DNA of 42,811 nt from Candidatus Vogelbacteria bacterium CG10_big_fil_rev_8_21_14_0_10_51_16 (GTDB taxonomy: Bacteria > Patescibacteriota > Minisyncoccia > Phycocordibacterales > JACRKE01), in assembly GCA_002774795.1 (NCBI GenBank), contig PCYI01000019.1:65480-108290 (forward strand), in the 5' to 3' direction. Shown here one piece after another: positions 28,300 to 37,294 of the stretch. The notes under the pieces are model-generated. The model saw nothing but the letters and a program-made list of their open reading frames with translations, was not told where the DNA came from and made no database searches. Made by a program: the position numbers and the translations under genes. The first letter of the stretch is position 1. Each line of letters starts with the position of its first letter.

Positions 28300-30207
28300 C
28301 TAATGAGTGTCAGTCACTTTTGCAAGACTTGCTTTTATGCGACGAACTCCTGCCGCTACCGCCTCTTCTTTGATTATTTTAAATACGCCACCTCGCTCAA
28401 TCTCCTCGGTGTTGGTTACATGTGGGCCACCACAGTACTCAATGGAAAAGGCCTTCGCGATCTTCGGGTCGTCGGCTGTTGCGTCTTTGGGTCCGACCGA
28501 ATAGACAGACACCATGTCTGGGTAGTCGGCGTTAAACTCATGCTCTGCGCCAAATTGCTCCGCCTCCTCTTTTTTCATTATCGTCTTTGTTACCGGTAAG
28601 CGGGCACTTATCTGCTCGTTCACGATCTCCTCCACTCGCCTTTTTTCTTCATCAGTCATCTTATGTGGACTTGCGAAATCGATGCGGAGGCGCTCGGCCG
28701 TGATATTTGAGCCACGCTGGTGTACTTCCGGCCCCAAGACCATCTGCAAGGCCTTCAAGAGGATGTGGTGGGTGGTGTGGTAGCGCACCGTTTGCTCGGA
28801 GTGGTCGGCCAGTCCCCCCTTAAACTTCTGCCCAGCACCGGCCCGCGAAAGATCCTGGTGCGCTTTCATGGCTTCCTCATACCCTGTCCTATCGACAGTC
28901 ATGTCCTGTTCACGAGCAAGCTCTTCGGTAATCTCCACAGGGAAACCGTATGTTGTAAACAAAACAAAGGCATCTTGCCCAGAAACGGTTGTGCCCGAAA
29001 GTTGCTGAAAGTGCTTTAGGCCCCGAGCGATCGTCTCGCGGAATTTTGTTTCCTCATCAGCGATTGTGCTGACGATGCTATCTTGCTTGGCAAGAACATA
29101 ATCGTACACACCAGCAAACGGCGCGAGTGCAAAGGGAGCAATCTCGTGTAGCGTTCCAGCCGGGAGCCCAAGGACATCTGCGTAGCGCACCGCGCGACGA
29201 ATGAGGCGACGGACAAAGTAGCCCTGTTCGCTATTGCTTGGGAGGATCGAGTCACCGATCATTTGCGTCGCACCACGAAGATGGTCGGCAATAATGCGCA
29301 TTGCCTTTTCGTTCCCAACATAGGGCTTACCTGAGCGACGTTCAAGTTCTTGCATGACGCCCTGGAAAAGATCGGTACGAAAGACATCCGGAGAATCTAG
29401 CGCGGCTGCGTAAATGCGTTCAAGACCGCCACCGAAGTCGATGTTTGCTTTTGGAAGTTTTACAAAACCATGTGCGGTTTTGCGATACTCCATAAACACA
29501 TTGTTGCCGATTTCCATAAAGCGCCCACAATCGCAGTTAACGTGGCAGTTCGCTCCCCACTTTGGGTCGTGTGGTGTGCTGAAGTCATAAAACATTTCGG
29601 AGTCGGGTCCCCCAGGCTCACCGACGGGCATGTTGGCGGGGACACCCGCGCGACTCCACCAATTTTTCTTTGCTTCGTAGGAAAAGATGCGAGCATCACC
29701 CATGCCTTTTGTGTACCCATCCGCATCGTTGCCGACGTCCATGAACTTTGCCTCAATCCCCTTTTTTTTAAAAAGATCCTGCCAGAGAATAACGGCTGTC
29801 TCGTCTTTGGGCACACCGATGGTAGGGTCGCCAATAAAGACGCTGACATACAGACGCTCTGGATCGATACCAAGCACATCAATCAAGAACTCGAACATCC
29901 ATTCGACCTGCTCCTTACGTCCATAGTCGCCGAGCGACCAGTTTCCCAGCATTTCGAAAAACGTCGTGTGGCGATTGTCGCCGATCTCTTCAATATCCTC
30001 AGCACGAAAACATCGCTGGCTGTCCACGAGACGTGTTCCTTTAGGGTGCGCCTCACCCAGAAGGTAAGGAATCATCGGCTGCATGCCCGATCCAGTAAAA
30101 AGCGTGGTCGGGTCGTTTTCCGGCACGATAGGGGCAGACGGAATAACCGCGTGGCCGCGCTCGCGGAAAAAGTCTAGGTACTTTTGGCGTATTTCTTTGG
30201 AGGTCAT
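28300..30207 (-). CDS. alaS: Alanine-tRNA ligase (no C-Ala domain)
   Basis: DPTTLFTGSGMQP, H.TFFEMLGNWS.GDY, IADH.R, editing motifs HTTHH and EYCGGPH; ends just after GVRRIKA. Confidence 0.97.
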   Translation of the reverse strand: MTSKEIRQKYLDFFRERGHAVIPSAPIVPENDPTTLFTGSGMQPMIPYLLGEAHPKGTRLVDSQRCFRAEDIEEIGDNRHTTFFEMLGNWSLGDYGRKEQVEWMFEFLIDVLGIDPERLYVSVFIGDPTIGVPKDETAVILWQDLFKKKGIEAKFMDVGNDADGYTKGMGDARIFSYEAKKNWWSRAGVPANMPVGEPGGPDSEMFYDFSTPHDPKWGANCHVNCDCGRFMEIGNNVFMEYRKTAHGFVKLPKANIDFGGGLERIYAAALDSPDVFRTDLFQGVMQELERRSGKPYVGNEKAMRIIADHLRGATQMIGDSILPSNSEQGYFVRRLIRRAVRYADVLGLPAGTLHEIAPFALAPFAGVYDYVLAKQDSIVSTIADEETKFRETIARGLKHFQQLSGTTVSGQDAFVLFTTYGFPVEITEELAREQDMTVDRTGYEEAMKAHQDLSRAGAGQKFKGGLADHSEQTVRYHTTHHILLKALQMVLGPEVHQRGSNITAERLRIDFASPHKMTDEEKRRVEEIVNEQISARLPVTKTIMKKEEAEQFGAEHEFNADYPDMVSVYSVGPKDATADDPKIAKAFSIEYCGGPHVTNTEEIERGGVFKIIKEEAVAAGVRRIKASLAKVTDTH

Positions 30208-30310
30208 GTGATTATCCTAGCGTACTTGCTCTTAAAAATGAAGTATAATTTGATTGCGGGCAGTTATTTTTTAATGCTTCCGCTACGTTTTGGTCCTCGC
30301 TGGTATCCTC

Positions 30311-30352
30311 TACCCAACGGCTCAACGACGAGAGCCGTTGAGCCGTTGGGTA
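30311..30352. repeat. Perfect hairpin (REP-like)
   Basis: 17-bp arms tacccaacggctcaacg / cgttgagccgttgggta with an 8-nt loop. Confidence 0.8.
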
Positions 30353-30502
30353 ATGAGACAAGCCTCCCACGATATTCCGCTTGACTTGCTTCAAGCCACA
30401 CCTCACTCCTTGATTCCTTTGGTTACGGTGGAAGCAAAAGTATGGTTTTATGGAAATCGGCTACAGGTCTATCACAAATTACGAATTGGAAGGAGGAAGG
30501 CA

Positions 30503-30826
30503 GTGGCTGGTGAAATTGTCGTAACTTTGAACGAGGGAGCTAGGATGCCCTCTCTTCGAGTGATTCAGCGCCTTCTTGGTGATTATTACAAGGAGTTAGC
30601 CAAGGTGACTCGCCCGAAGAAGAGAAAAGGAGTGGTGTCGTGTAAGCTCCACAAGACCCCTTCGATGCCAATCGTTAGGGCTTCGGCGATCGACCTGTCC
30701 AGATGGCTTACTCGTGGCTATGAGATTTTGTTGAATAACCACGAGAGGTACATCCTATTCTCCACCGAGGTAAGCGACCCATGCACGAGGGCGACCGCCC
30801 TTGGTTTTGCTCGTTTTCTATGCTAG
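30503..30826 (+). CDS. Hypothetical basic protein (107 aa)
   Basis: SD aaggagg before in-frame GTG 30503 of ORF 30290..30826. Confidence 0.55.
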   Translation: MAGEIVVTLNEGARMPSLRVIQRLLGDYYKELAKVTRPKKRKGVVSCKLHKTPSMPIVRASAIDLSRWLTRGYEILLNNHERYILFSTEVSDPCTRATALGFARFLC

Positions 30827-30864
30827 TGTGTTTTCGCAGGAAATGCGACACTGGAGGAGTGTAG

Positions 30865-31074
30865 ATGAGGCGAACGACGGGAAGCTGTCTAATAACGCTC
30901 GTGGCCGGGGTGCTCGGAGGAGCGAGCTTTTTGCTCCTTCTCCTTGCGCTCTTGTCTCGGGCACCGAACCAAGAACCGTTCACAAACCTGATTGTCGCGC
31001 TCCGCTCTTGGGGCGTGTTCTGGGGCAGCCTCGGCTGTGTGAGCGCCACGGCGCTCGCGTTCGTCGAACTGTGA
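30865..31074 (+). CDS. Small two-TM hypothetical protein
   Basis: SD ggagga before ATG; two hydrophobic helices. Confidence 0.55.
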   Translation: MRRTTGSCLITLVAGVLGGASFLLLLLALLSRAPNQEPFTNLIVALRSWGVFWGSLGCVSATALAFVEL

Positions 31075-31087
31075 TGAGGAGGCAGGA

Positions 31088-31312
31088 ATGATTCCGAAAA
31101 GGTGCTTCATGGTCTCAATGGCCTATTTCATTTTCAACGCATGGTTCGGCCTCTACGCACACGATGTCATCGGACACCCTGCGCCTGGGGTCTGCCCGAA
31201 ACTGCTCGATGGCCACTGCGATTTCTCGTACTTGGCAATGGTCGGAATGATGATGGCGGCCCTTTGGATGCTCATGGACATCAGGCTACTTGGCCGGGAG
31301 GTGAAGTCGTGA
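31088..31312 (+). CDS. Small two-TM hypothetical protein
   Basis: SD gaggagg; two hydrophobic segments flank a Cys-pair loop. Confidence 0.55.
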   Translation: MIPKRCFMVSMAYFIFNAWFGLYAHDVIGHPAPGVCPKLLDGHCDFSYLAMVGMMMAALWMLMDIRLLGREVKS

Positions 31313-31542
31313 TGACTGATGTTCGCTGAAGGCTGACGAGGTTGCGCTTGCGCTACATGGCTGTACGTTGGATCGGGGATGAGCCCGCCAACATGAGCCT
31401 GTCGGAACTGTCGGCGAAGCTGGCCGAAATCGGCCGGCGGCCACTTGCGAACTTCACCGCAGGGCGAGGTGTTGCTTCGGTCGAGCTGGCCTACTACATG
31501 CTCGAGAACGAGCTCAAGGTGCGACGCATACTCGCGCTTTAG
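31312..31542 (+). pseudogene. Hypothetical gene with premature TGA at codon 6
   Basis: SD ggaggt and an ATG at 31312 coupled to the upstream stop (TGATG). The frame reads MTDVR*RLTR and continues into ORF 31342..31542. Confidence 0.5.
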
Positions 31543-31560
31543 CGAAAGGACGGAGGAACA

Positions 31561-31962
31561 ATGAAGGAGAAGGTTGAGATTTCGGACGCCTCAGAACTTT
31601 ACAGCCAGCTGGTGGAGGCCCTCTACTATCATCTGGTGGATAGAGTCGGGTTCAGGGCCCGGACAGGGCCCAATAGATACAGACAGGAAAATGTGTGGAA
31701 TAGCTTTGACGAAGCAGTCGCACTAGTGGTCAGTTCGGCCACTGAGGAATACGGAAAGAATCGTTTTGCGGAACCGTTGGCACGCAACTCGCGATTTCAG
31801 GTTCTCGGAACACAGAAGTGCGCCGAGGTCATGAACGACGCCATGCGCTCACTGGATTTTCTGGTCGGTACAGCGACACTCATCCGCAACGCCTCGCCCC
31901 ACAGGGCGGTGGCAATCGCCAAGGCCGTCGAAGGTGTACTCGGGATGCGAGTGGTGCGCTAG
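31561..31962 (+). CDS. Hypothetical protein (133 aa)
   Basis: SD ggagga before ATG; last gene before a terminator. Confidence 0.65.
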   Translation: MKEKVEISDASELYSQLVEALYYHLVDRVGFRARTGPNRYRQENVWNSFDEAVALVVSSATEEYGKNRFAEPLARNSRFQVLGTQKCAEVMNDAMRSLDFLVGTATLIRNASPHRAVAIAKAVEGVLGMRVVR

Positions 31963-32017
31963 TAGCCACTGGGTTGTGTACCCAGCTTCCAACCAGATTC
32001 GATTTTTCAAGGTCGCG

Positions 32018-32082
32018 CGAAAGGCCGTGGTACAAGGTATACCACAAGGCCGACTACCGCGGCCTTTCGTATTTTCTTTTTT
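32018..32082 (+). terminator. Putative intrinsic terminator of orphan islet 2
   Basis: cgaaaggccgtggta (32018-32032) pairs with taccgcggcctttcg (32055-32069, one G-U), followed by tattttctttttt. Confidence 0.65.
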
Positions 32083-32084
32083 GA

Positions 32085-32123
32085 ATTCACAACTTAGCTG
32101 CGATAGCAGGTAAGTTGTGAATT
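32085..32123. repeat. Hairpin downstream of mnmA
   Basis: 13-bp arms aattcacaactta / taagttgtgaatt. Confidence 0.6.
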
Positions 32124-32128
32124 AGTTT

Positions 32129-33460
32129 TTATGTGATAATGCCACCACCGAGGCACTCGTCACCCTTCTCGTTGTAAAGGACGAGCGACTGGCCAGAGGC
32201 CACCGATTCTTGCGGGTGGTCAAAAAGCACACGGAAACTGGAAGTTGGAAACTGGCTACTGGAGTAAGCACCTTGATTATCCGAGTTTCCGGTTTCCAGT
32301 TTCGAGATTCGGCATTTCTGAAGAGCTTGGCGGTAGCGGATTCTGGCTTGGTAAGTTTTTTTTGAATCTGGCGCTTCGCCCCGAGACCAGTTTGTCTGCT
32401 CAAGTACACAAGCCAGACTTGTGTACTCACTTGGACGCGCCGCGTCCAAGTGAGTTGCCGCATACTGGGTATGAGTGTCGGATGTTGGATGTTCGGCACT
32501 TTCCCTGTGTGCGACAACTAATTGATTCTTTTCTAGGTCTTTAGCTACTACATAGTAGGGACTGTCTGTTGGGGTTTTCTTGGTGATAGTAAAGCCGCGG
32601 CGCTCGCCGATGGTGTAGAAAGTGACGCCTTCGTGGTGGCCTATTACCTCTCCTTTCTCGTTCACCACTTCACCGGGCACTTCTTTGATGTAATGTTTCA
32701 AAAACTCCTTCATGTCGAGCTTGCCTAGAAAGCACACTCCTTGCGAGTCTTTCTTTTCAGCCACCGACAGGCCAAATCGCCGCGCCTCGTCGCGCACTTG
32801 CGGCTTAGTGAGATGCCCGATGGGAAAGAGGGTACGGGAGAGTTGTGCTTGGGTGAGCGTCCAGAGGAAGTAGGATTGGTCTTTTGCGGCGTCTACACCA
32901 CAAAGGAGGGCGTAGGGCGTAGGGCGTAGGGCGTAGGAACTCTGAGTCTGGATCCCGGCCTGCGCCGGGATGACAGAATTCCTGAATTCTGAGTCATTTG
33001 GAGTTTTGTGTTCTTTGTGATTTGTGTTTTGCCGTACTCGGCTGTAGTGTCCCGTGGCGATAAAATCGGCTTCCATTGCGACGGACCTTTTCAAGAACGC
33101 GTCAAACTTCACAAACTTGTTACACATGACGTCTGGGTTCGGGACTCGGCCTCGGCGGTACTCATCGATCATGTAGTCGACCACGTGCTGTTTGTACTCT
33201 TGGGTAAAGTCGAAGGTGTGGAAAGGAATCCCCAAGTGGGCGGCCACGCGTATAGCATCGCGCCTTTCTTCCGGCCACGCGCAAGGCAACCAGTCTGGCG
33301 ACCAGACCTTCATAAAGATGCCTGTCACTTCATAGCCCACTTCTTTAAGCAGGGCAGCCGAGACGGCGGAGTCCACTCCCCCAGACAAAGCCACGAAAAC
33401 ACGTGGCTTTGTCTGGGGGACAATTGACATTTGACAATTGACATTTGACTTTATGTTCAT
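32129..33460 (-). CDS. mnmA: tRNA 2-thiouridylase MnmA, lengthened by repeat-derived in-frame inserts
   Basis: ALSGGVDSAV, PNPDVMCN..VKF, IATGHY, KDQSYFL, KKDSQGVCF, YTIGERRG, RIRYRQ and GQSLVLY..CLGGG.I. Confidence 0.96.
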   Translation of the reverse strand: MNIKSNVNCQMSIVPQTKPRVFVALSGGVDSAVSAALLKEVGYEVTGIFMKVWSPDWLPCAWPEERRDAIRVAAHLGIPFHTFDFTQEYKQHVVDYMIDEYRRGRVPNPDVMCNKFVKFDAFLKRSVAMEADFIATGHYSRVRQNTNHKEHKTPNDSEFRNSVIPAQAGIQTQSSYALRPTPYALLCGVDAAKDQSYFLWTLTQAQLSRTLFPIGHLTKPQVRDEARRFGLSVAEKKDSQGVCFLGKLDMKEFLKHYIKEVPGEVVNEKGEVIGHHEGVTFYTIGERRGFTITKKTPTDSPYYVVAKDLEKNQLVVAHRESAEHPTSDTHTQYAATHLDAARPSEYTSLACVLEQTNWSRGEAPDSKKTYQARIRYRQALQKCRISKLETGNSDNQGAYSSSQFPTSSFRVLFDHPQESVASGQSLVLYNEKGDECLGGGIIT

Positions 33461-33570
33461 AACTCATAGAGTCTACACGTGGAACTGTTTTTGTCCATTT
33501 GGCATCCGTGAACAAATTACGAAACTGGATTGAGCCCTCGGTCAATTGTCAGTTGTTAGTTGTCAATTGT
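33424..33570. repeat. Heptamer array, inverted pair (TTGACAW x4 / GTCARTT x4) straddling the mnmA start
   Basis: ttgacat ttgacaa ttgacat ttgactt (33424-33451); gtcaatt gtcagtt gttagtt gtcaatt (33541-33568). Confidence 0.82.
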
Positions 33571-33588
33571 GCGCAACAAACAACCTCA

Positions 33589-34662
33589 CTAAAGGTGAAG
33601 TTGTTTGTTGCGCTTGTGTTCATCAAAGTCGATGGCATAGTGGAAGCCGCCATCCTTGTCGGAAAGATAGAACAGATACGGCGACTTTTCGGGGCGTAGA
33701 GCCGATTCGATGGCTGCAAGTCCGGGATTGCCTATTGGACCTGCCGGCAGTCCCGCATAACGATAGGTGTTGTATGGTGAGTCTGTGTTAAGGTCGTCTT
33801 CGGTGAGCTCATCAGAACGCTTGCCGAGAAGGTATAAAAAGACGGCGTCTACCTGAAGAGGTATATCTTGGTCGAGTCGCTTCCAAAGAATGCCGGAAAC
33901 AAGGGTGCGAGAGTCGGCATCACCCGCCTCTTTTTCTATAAGCGAAGCCATGGTGACGACATCTCCAAGGTCATGACCGGAGGCTTCAATTTCACGCGCG
34001 AGGGCGCTTAAGCGCCCCGTAAAATTTTGACGCATGCGCTTGATAACATCCTCGGGAGTCTCTCTGGGTGAGAGAAAGTAGGTATCGGGAAAGAGGTACC
34101 CTTCGTGCTCGCGAGCGAGCGAGAAGAAAAGTGCGCGGTTAAAGTCAGGGAGCTTTTCTTCGAGAATGTCCGCAATCTCCCTGTTGCTACTTCCCTCCGG
34201 TATGGTAACTCGCACTGCGGTGATTCCCGAGACGCCATTCACTAGACGAGAGATAACGGTGGGTGTCCGAATGGGCTCAGTAAAAATGTAGTCACCGGAG
34301 AGGAGGCGGGTGTCGTTCCTGGATAGGCGAAGAACGGCGCGAAAAAACATCGATGAGCGGATGAATCCCTCATCATGAAGACGCTCACCTATTTGGCGGA
34401 CACTCTCCCCCTCATGGACTCGAAAAATGTTATTGACGGCGAACCCTTTTGGTGGGGATATAAGGAGTACCAGAAAAAGTGTGCCACCCGCCACGAGCGC
34501 CATAAAGATAGCAACAACGACATTTATCTTCTGCAACGGGCCAGTTCGTCTAGATAAATCACTTTCTTGCTCGATCTGCCCAAGCTCATTCTCCTCTATG
34601 GTCATCGGCCCGTCGTCTAGGCCGCCGCCCTCTTCTTCTTTGTTTGTAAGGTGTTTAATCAT
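33589..34662 (-). CDS. mltG: Endolytic transglycosylase MltG
   Basis: TM anchor, VTIPEG, EGYLFPDTY, MASLIEKE, LQVD, SPYNTY..AGLP.GPI.NPG and YLFY. Exact start uncertain. Confidence 0.95.
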   Translation of the reverse strand: MIKHLTNKEEEGGGLDDGPMTIEENELGQIEQESDLSRRTGPLQKINVVVAIFMALVAGGTLFLVLLISPPKGFAVNNIFRVHEGESVRQIGERLHDEGFIRSSMFFRAVLRLSRNDTRLLSGDYIFTEPIRTPTVISRLVNGVSGITAVRVTIPEGSSNREIADILEEKLPDFNRALFFSLAREHEGYLFPDTYFLSPRETPEDVIKRMRQNFTGRLSALAREIEASGHDLGDVVTMASLIEKEAGDADSRTLVSGILWKRLDQDIPLQVDAVFLYLLGKRSDELTEDDLNTDSPYNTYRYAGLPAGPIGNPGLAAIESALRPEKSPYLFYLSDKDGGFHYAIDFDEHKRNKQLHL

Positions 34663-34675
34663 TTAAACTTCATTT

Positions 34676-35881
34676 TCAGATAGGCAAGTCGAGCGGTGGC
34701 TCAGCCGCCTTCGACTCTATGCGGTCGATGGCCGGGCTTGCCGCCACCTGGCCAGGTAAATGCCAAATGGTAGCAAGTTCCTCCGTGTTCATCACAAATG
34801 TTGCCCTATCGTGGGGCGGGTAAAACCAGCCTCGAGCTCGGTAGGCGGCGAAGTACTCTTTCTTTGCCTTAGCCACCTTGGTGCCAAAGTTCTCTTGGTA
34901 CTTCTCCAAGATAAAATTTTTCTCATCTACTCCGGTGACTTTCGGTTTAAAACTGTTTAAGTGGACCGTGCCATAGTGTTTTAGAAGGCCTCCGGCCGCT
35001 CCGCCGATGCCCATGCTGAACTTATCCTTACGAGCTGTGTAGATGGCGCGTATACCCACGTCGAAAGCGGGCTTGGAAACGGCGCGAGTAATTGCCTCTG
35101 TAGACTCGCGGTCAGTAGGAGCTACCAGTTTAAAATTCTCCACCGGCTCGTACACTTTGGCTATGTACTCGTCAGCCTCTTTTTTCCAGAGGGGATTGCC
35201 GTCTTTGTCTGTCTTAGCCGACATTATGAGAATCTGCAACCAAATCTGATGGTCTGGCGGAAGCGAGCCCATGGCTTCAAGAGTGGCCGTGATGGGGTCT
35301 GTCTTAAGTTCCTCCTTGAGATTTTTTTCCGAACCAAGACCGTAGTCAAAATAAGTCTTAATCGGGTAGTACGATTCTTTACGAGCCTTTTTAAACTCTA
35401 CCCCGAAAATTTCCCAGTCGGTCGCCGGGTCGAGATAGTTTATCGAAGCGGTGTAGTCTTCAATCTCATTAATCTCCACACCGGGATACTGGGCGTAAAA
35501 TTGTGCCTCAATGCCGTTTCTGAATTTCTCTGGTGCGTGCACGACGAAGTTCACTTTGCCGTTACGAGCCACAAGCTCAAGCGAAGACCAAAGACGCACG
35601 CTCCCTTTAAAACGCTTGCTGTAGTTGTCGCCCGCGCTGGGCTGATTAAAAGCATTTAGGACCACCTCCATGGCGGTGGGAGATTTAAAAATGTCACGAG
35701 GCAAGCGAATCTCAAGGGTGACCCACTTTACCGAGGCGAGAAATTCCATGAGAAGATACGAGCGCCACGCTCTGTAGCTAAAAAAGATAAGAATTATGGG
35801 CACCGAAATAGGCGCCATGCGTAGCGCGGAAACGAGAGCGCCCAGAAGGCCTCCAAAGATAATCTCAATAACCAAGTCCAT
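34676..35881 (-). CDS. Membrane-anchored hypothetical protein
   Basis: Long ORF with N-terminal TM helices, LEIRLPR...KSP.AME, E.QFYAQYP..EI and EELATIWHLPG. Start reassigned to ATG 35881. Confidence 0.75.
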   Translation of the reverse strand: MDLVIEIIFGGLLGALVSALRMAPISVPIILIFFSYRAWRSYLLMEFLASVKWVTLEIRLPRDIFKSPTAMEVVLNAFNQPSAGDNYSKRFKGSVRLWSSLELVARNGKVNFVVHAPEKFRNGIEAQFYAQYPGVEINEIEDYTASINYLDPATDWEIFGVEFKKARKESYYPIKTYFDYGLGSEKNLKEELKTDPITATLEAMGSLPPDHQIWLQILIMSAKTDKDGNPLWKKEADEYIAKVYEPVENFKLVAPTDRESTEAITRAVSKPAFDVGIRAIYTARKDKFSMGIGGAAGGLLKHYGTVHLNSFKPKVTGVDEKNFILEKYQENFGTKVAKAKKEYFAAYRARGWFYPPHDRATFVMNTEELATIWHLPGQVAASPAIDRIESKAAEPPLDLPI

Positions 35882-35988
35882 ACTTCTATTGTACTGTAAC
35901 TTGAGCAATCAAGAAAGTTGAAAGGTCGCCTTGCGGGCGACCCTCGACGATGTTGTCAGTTTCAACAAAACTCAATCAGAACTCACTA

Positions 35989-37044
35989 TTATTTGCTCGC
36001 AAGCCCAAAACGTCCCTCCTTCTCCTTTTTAAAGTAGTTGTGATTTTGAAGATTTACAACAATGGTGTTTTCTTTAACGTAGCGCTCTTTGAGGACCTTG
36101 GCAATAATTTCGTTTTTTGTCAGAGGTCCGTTTTTCTCGAGAATCTCGCGAACGATCTCTTTGACCGTCCCCTTTTTATAGCCCCACTCCTGCAGGGCGT
36201 AGAGGCCACGCCCAACAAGAACAAAACGTCCGTCCTTAATGAGTTCATTGTGGCAGGTGGCCACATGCGCGCTCCGACCAAAGGTGCTTGCAATCTCTTT
36301 GGCCACTTCCCGGAAGTGCATGGGCGAGCCATGCTTTCTCAAAATCAGATAAGCGTAGTCACGGATACCACGAGCCTTAATATTCGGTGACTGACTAGCG
36401 CCCCACTCTCCTAGTGGGTTTGCCCCAATACGTTTTGAAATTCGCATCCATCTCCGCGCGATCTCTTCGTTGTCGTTTGCGTTCGGCCGGCACTCTTTCA
36501 GCTTGTTTATAAATCGAAGGATCATGTCTGCCTCTGAAATCAACTCTTCTTCCTTGATATCTTTGTGAACAGCGTGTAGAGCCTGGCGAACAGCATCGCT
36601 CATGGCCGGGTCTACAACCCAGGTGTGGTGAAAGTCCGAGTCCTCCTTCACTTTCACAAAAGGTTCTCCTAGGACAAGGAAAAAATGAATATGGTTTTGA
36701 ACATGCTTGTCATCGGAAATTGTTTGAAAAAAATCACGCTCATGAACCACTCCGCCATATTTTGTGATTAGTTCGCTTAACTCATCGAACACTCCCGCAA
36801 TCTCAGTAAAACTTCTTGATTTGCGTATTTGGGCAAGAGAAAAGTTCTCGATCTGACGGACGCGCTCGCGCGTAATGCCGTACTCTTGGCCGATAGCTTC
36901 GAGAGTGAGCCTTTCGACTTGTTCGCCAAGTCCGTAGCGCTTTTTAATAACATCAGCCCCTCGTACATTAAGGGTGGCCAAAAGAGCCTTGGTTATCTTT
37001 TTGGGATTAAAACTTACTTTTGCGGTCACTTTGTCTTTTGTCAT
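35989..37044 (-). CDS. Sigma70 region-4-like HTH fused to C-terminal winged-helix (HARE-HTH/RpoE delta-like) domains
   Basis: RYGL....LTLEAIGQEYGITRERVRQIE; C-terminal YLILRKHG.PMHF.E...HNELI.D.RFVLVGRGLYAL.EWG. No sigma region 2. Confidence 0.8.
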   Translation of the reverse strand: MTKDKVTAKVSFNPKKITKALLATLNVRGADVIKKRYGLGEQVERLTLEAIGQEYGITRERVRQIENFSLAQIRKSRSFTEIAGVFDELSELITKYGGVVHERDFFQTISDDKHVQNHIHFFLVLGEPFVKVKEDSDFHHTWVVDPAMSDAVRQALHAVHKDIKEEELISEADMILRFINKLKECRPNANDNEEIARRWMRISKRIGANPLGEWGASQSPNIKARGIRDYAYLILRKHGSPMHFREVAKEIASTFGRSAHVATCHNELIKDGRFVLVGRGLYALQEWGYKKGTVKEIVREILEKNGPLTKNEIIAKVLKERYVKENTIVVNLQNHNYFKKEKEGRFGLASK

Positions 37045-37128
37045 GGAAGTGGCAAATCTAAGCCTTTTGGCAATTTAGAAGTAATTCTTAAAATAGTTAA
37101 CAACACAGGTGTAATCTATTATTATCAG

Positions 37129-37157
37129 TTTATACCATTTCCGTCAAGTATATGCAA
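37129..37157 (-). promoter_or_regulatory. Sigma70-type promoter
   Basis: TTGCAT-N17-TATAAA with an extended TG. Confidence 0.5.
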
Positions 37158-37159
37158 GA

Positions 37160-37280
37160 TAACCCCCCCAAACCTCTGACGTCTCTAGAGTATCATTCCG
37201 TTGCAGAACGGGATCCAGGTTCAACCCTAGCCTGGATCCCGTTCTGCAACGGAATGACATACTTAGGGTGTGAGGGGTTA
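37160..37280 (+). repeat. Composite REP/MITE-like palindrome, copy 3 (no nested inserts)
   Basis: Perfect 27-bp arms at 37193-37219 and 37231-37257 with an 11-nt loop; outer end ggtgtgaggggtta at 37267-37280. Confidence 0.88.
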
Positions 37281-37294
37281 CCATGCAAGTCTTG

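Noticed and set aside
37152..37289. atgcaag on both sides of repeat copy 3 as a target-site duplication
   Set aside because: Offsets from the element ends are asymmetric, the left copy coincides with a predicted -35 box, and copy 2 has no equivalent.
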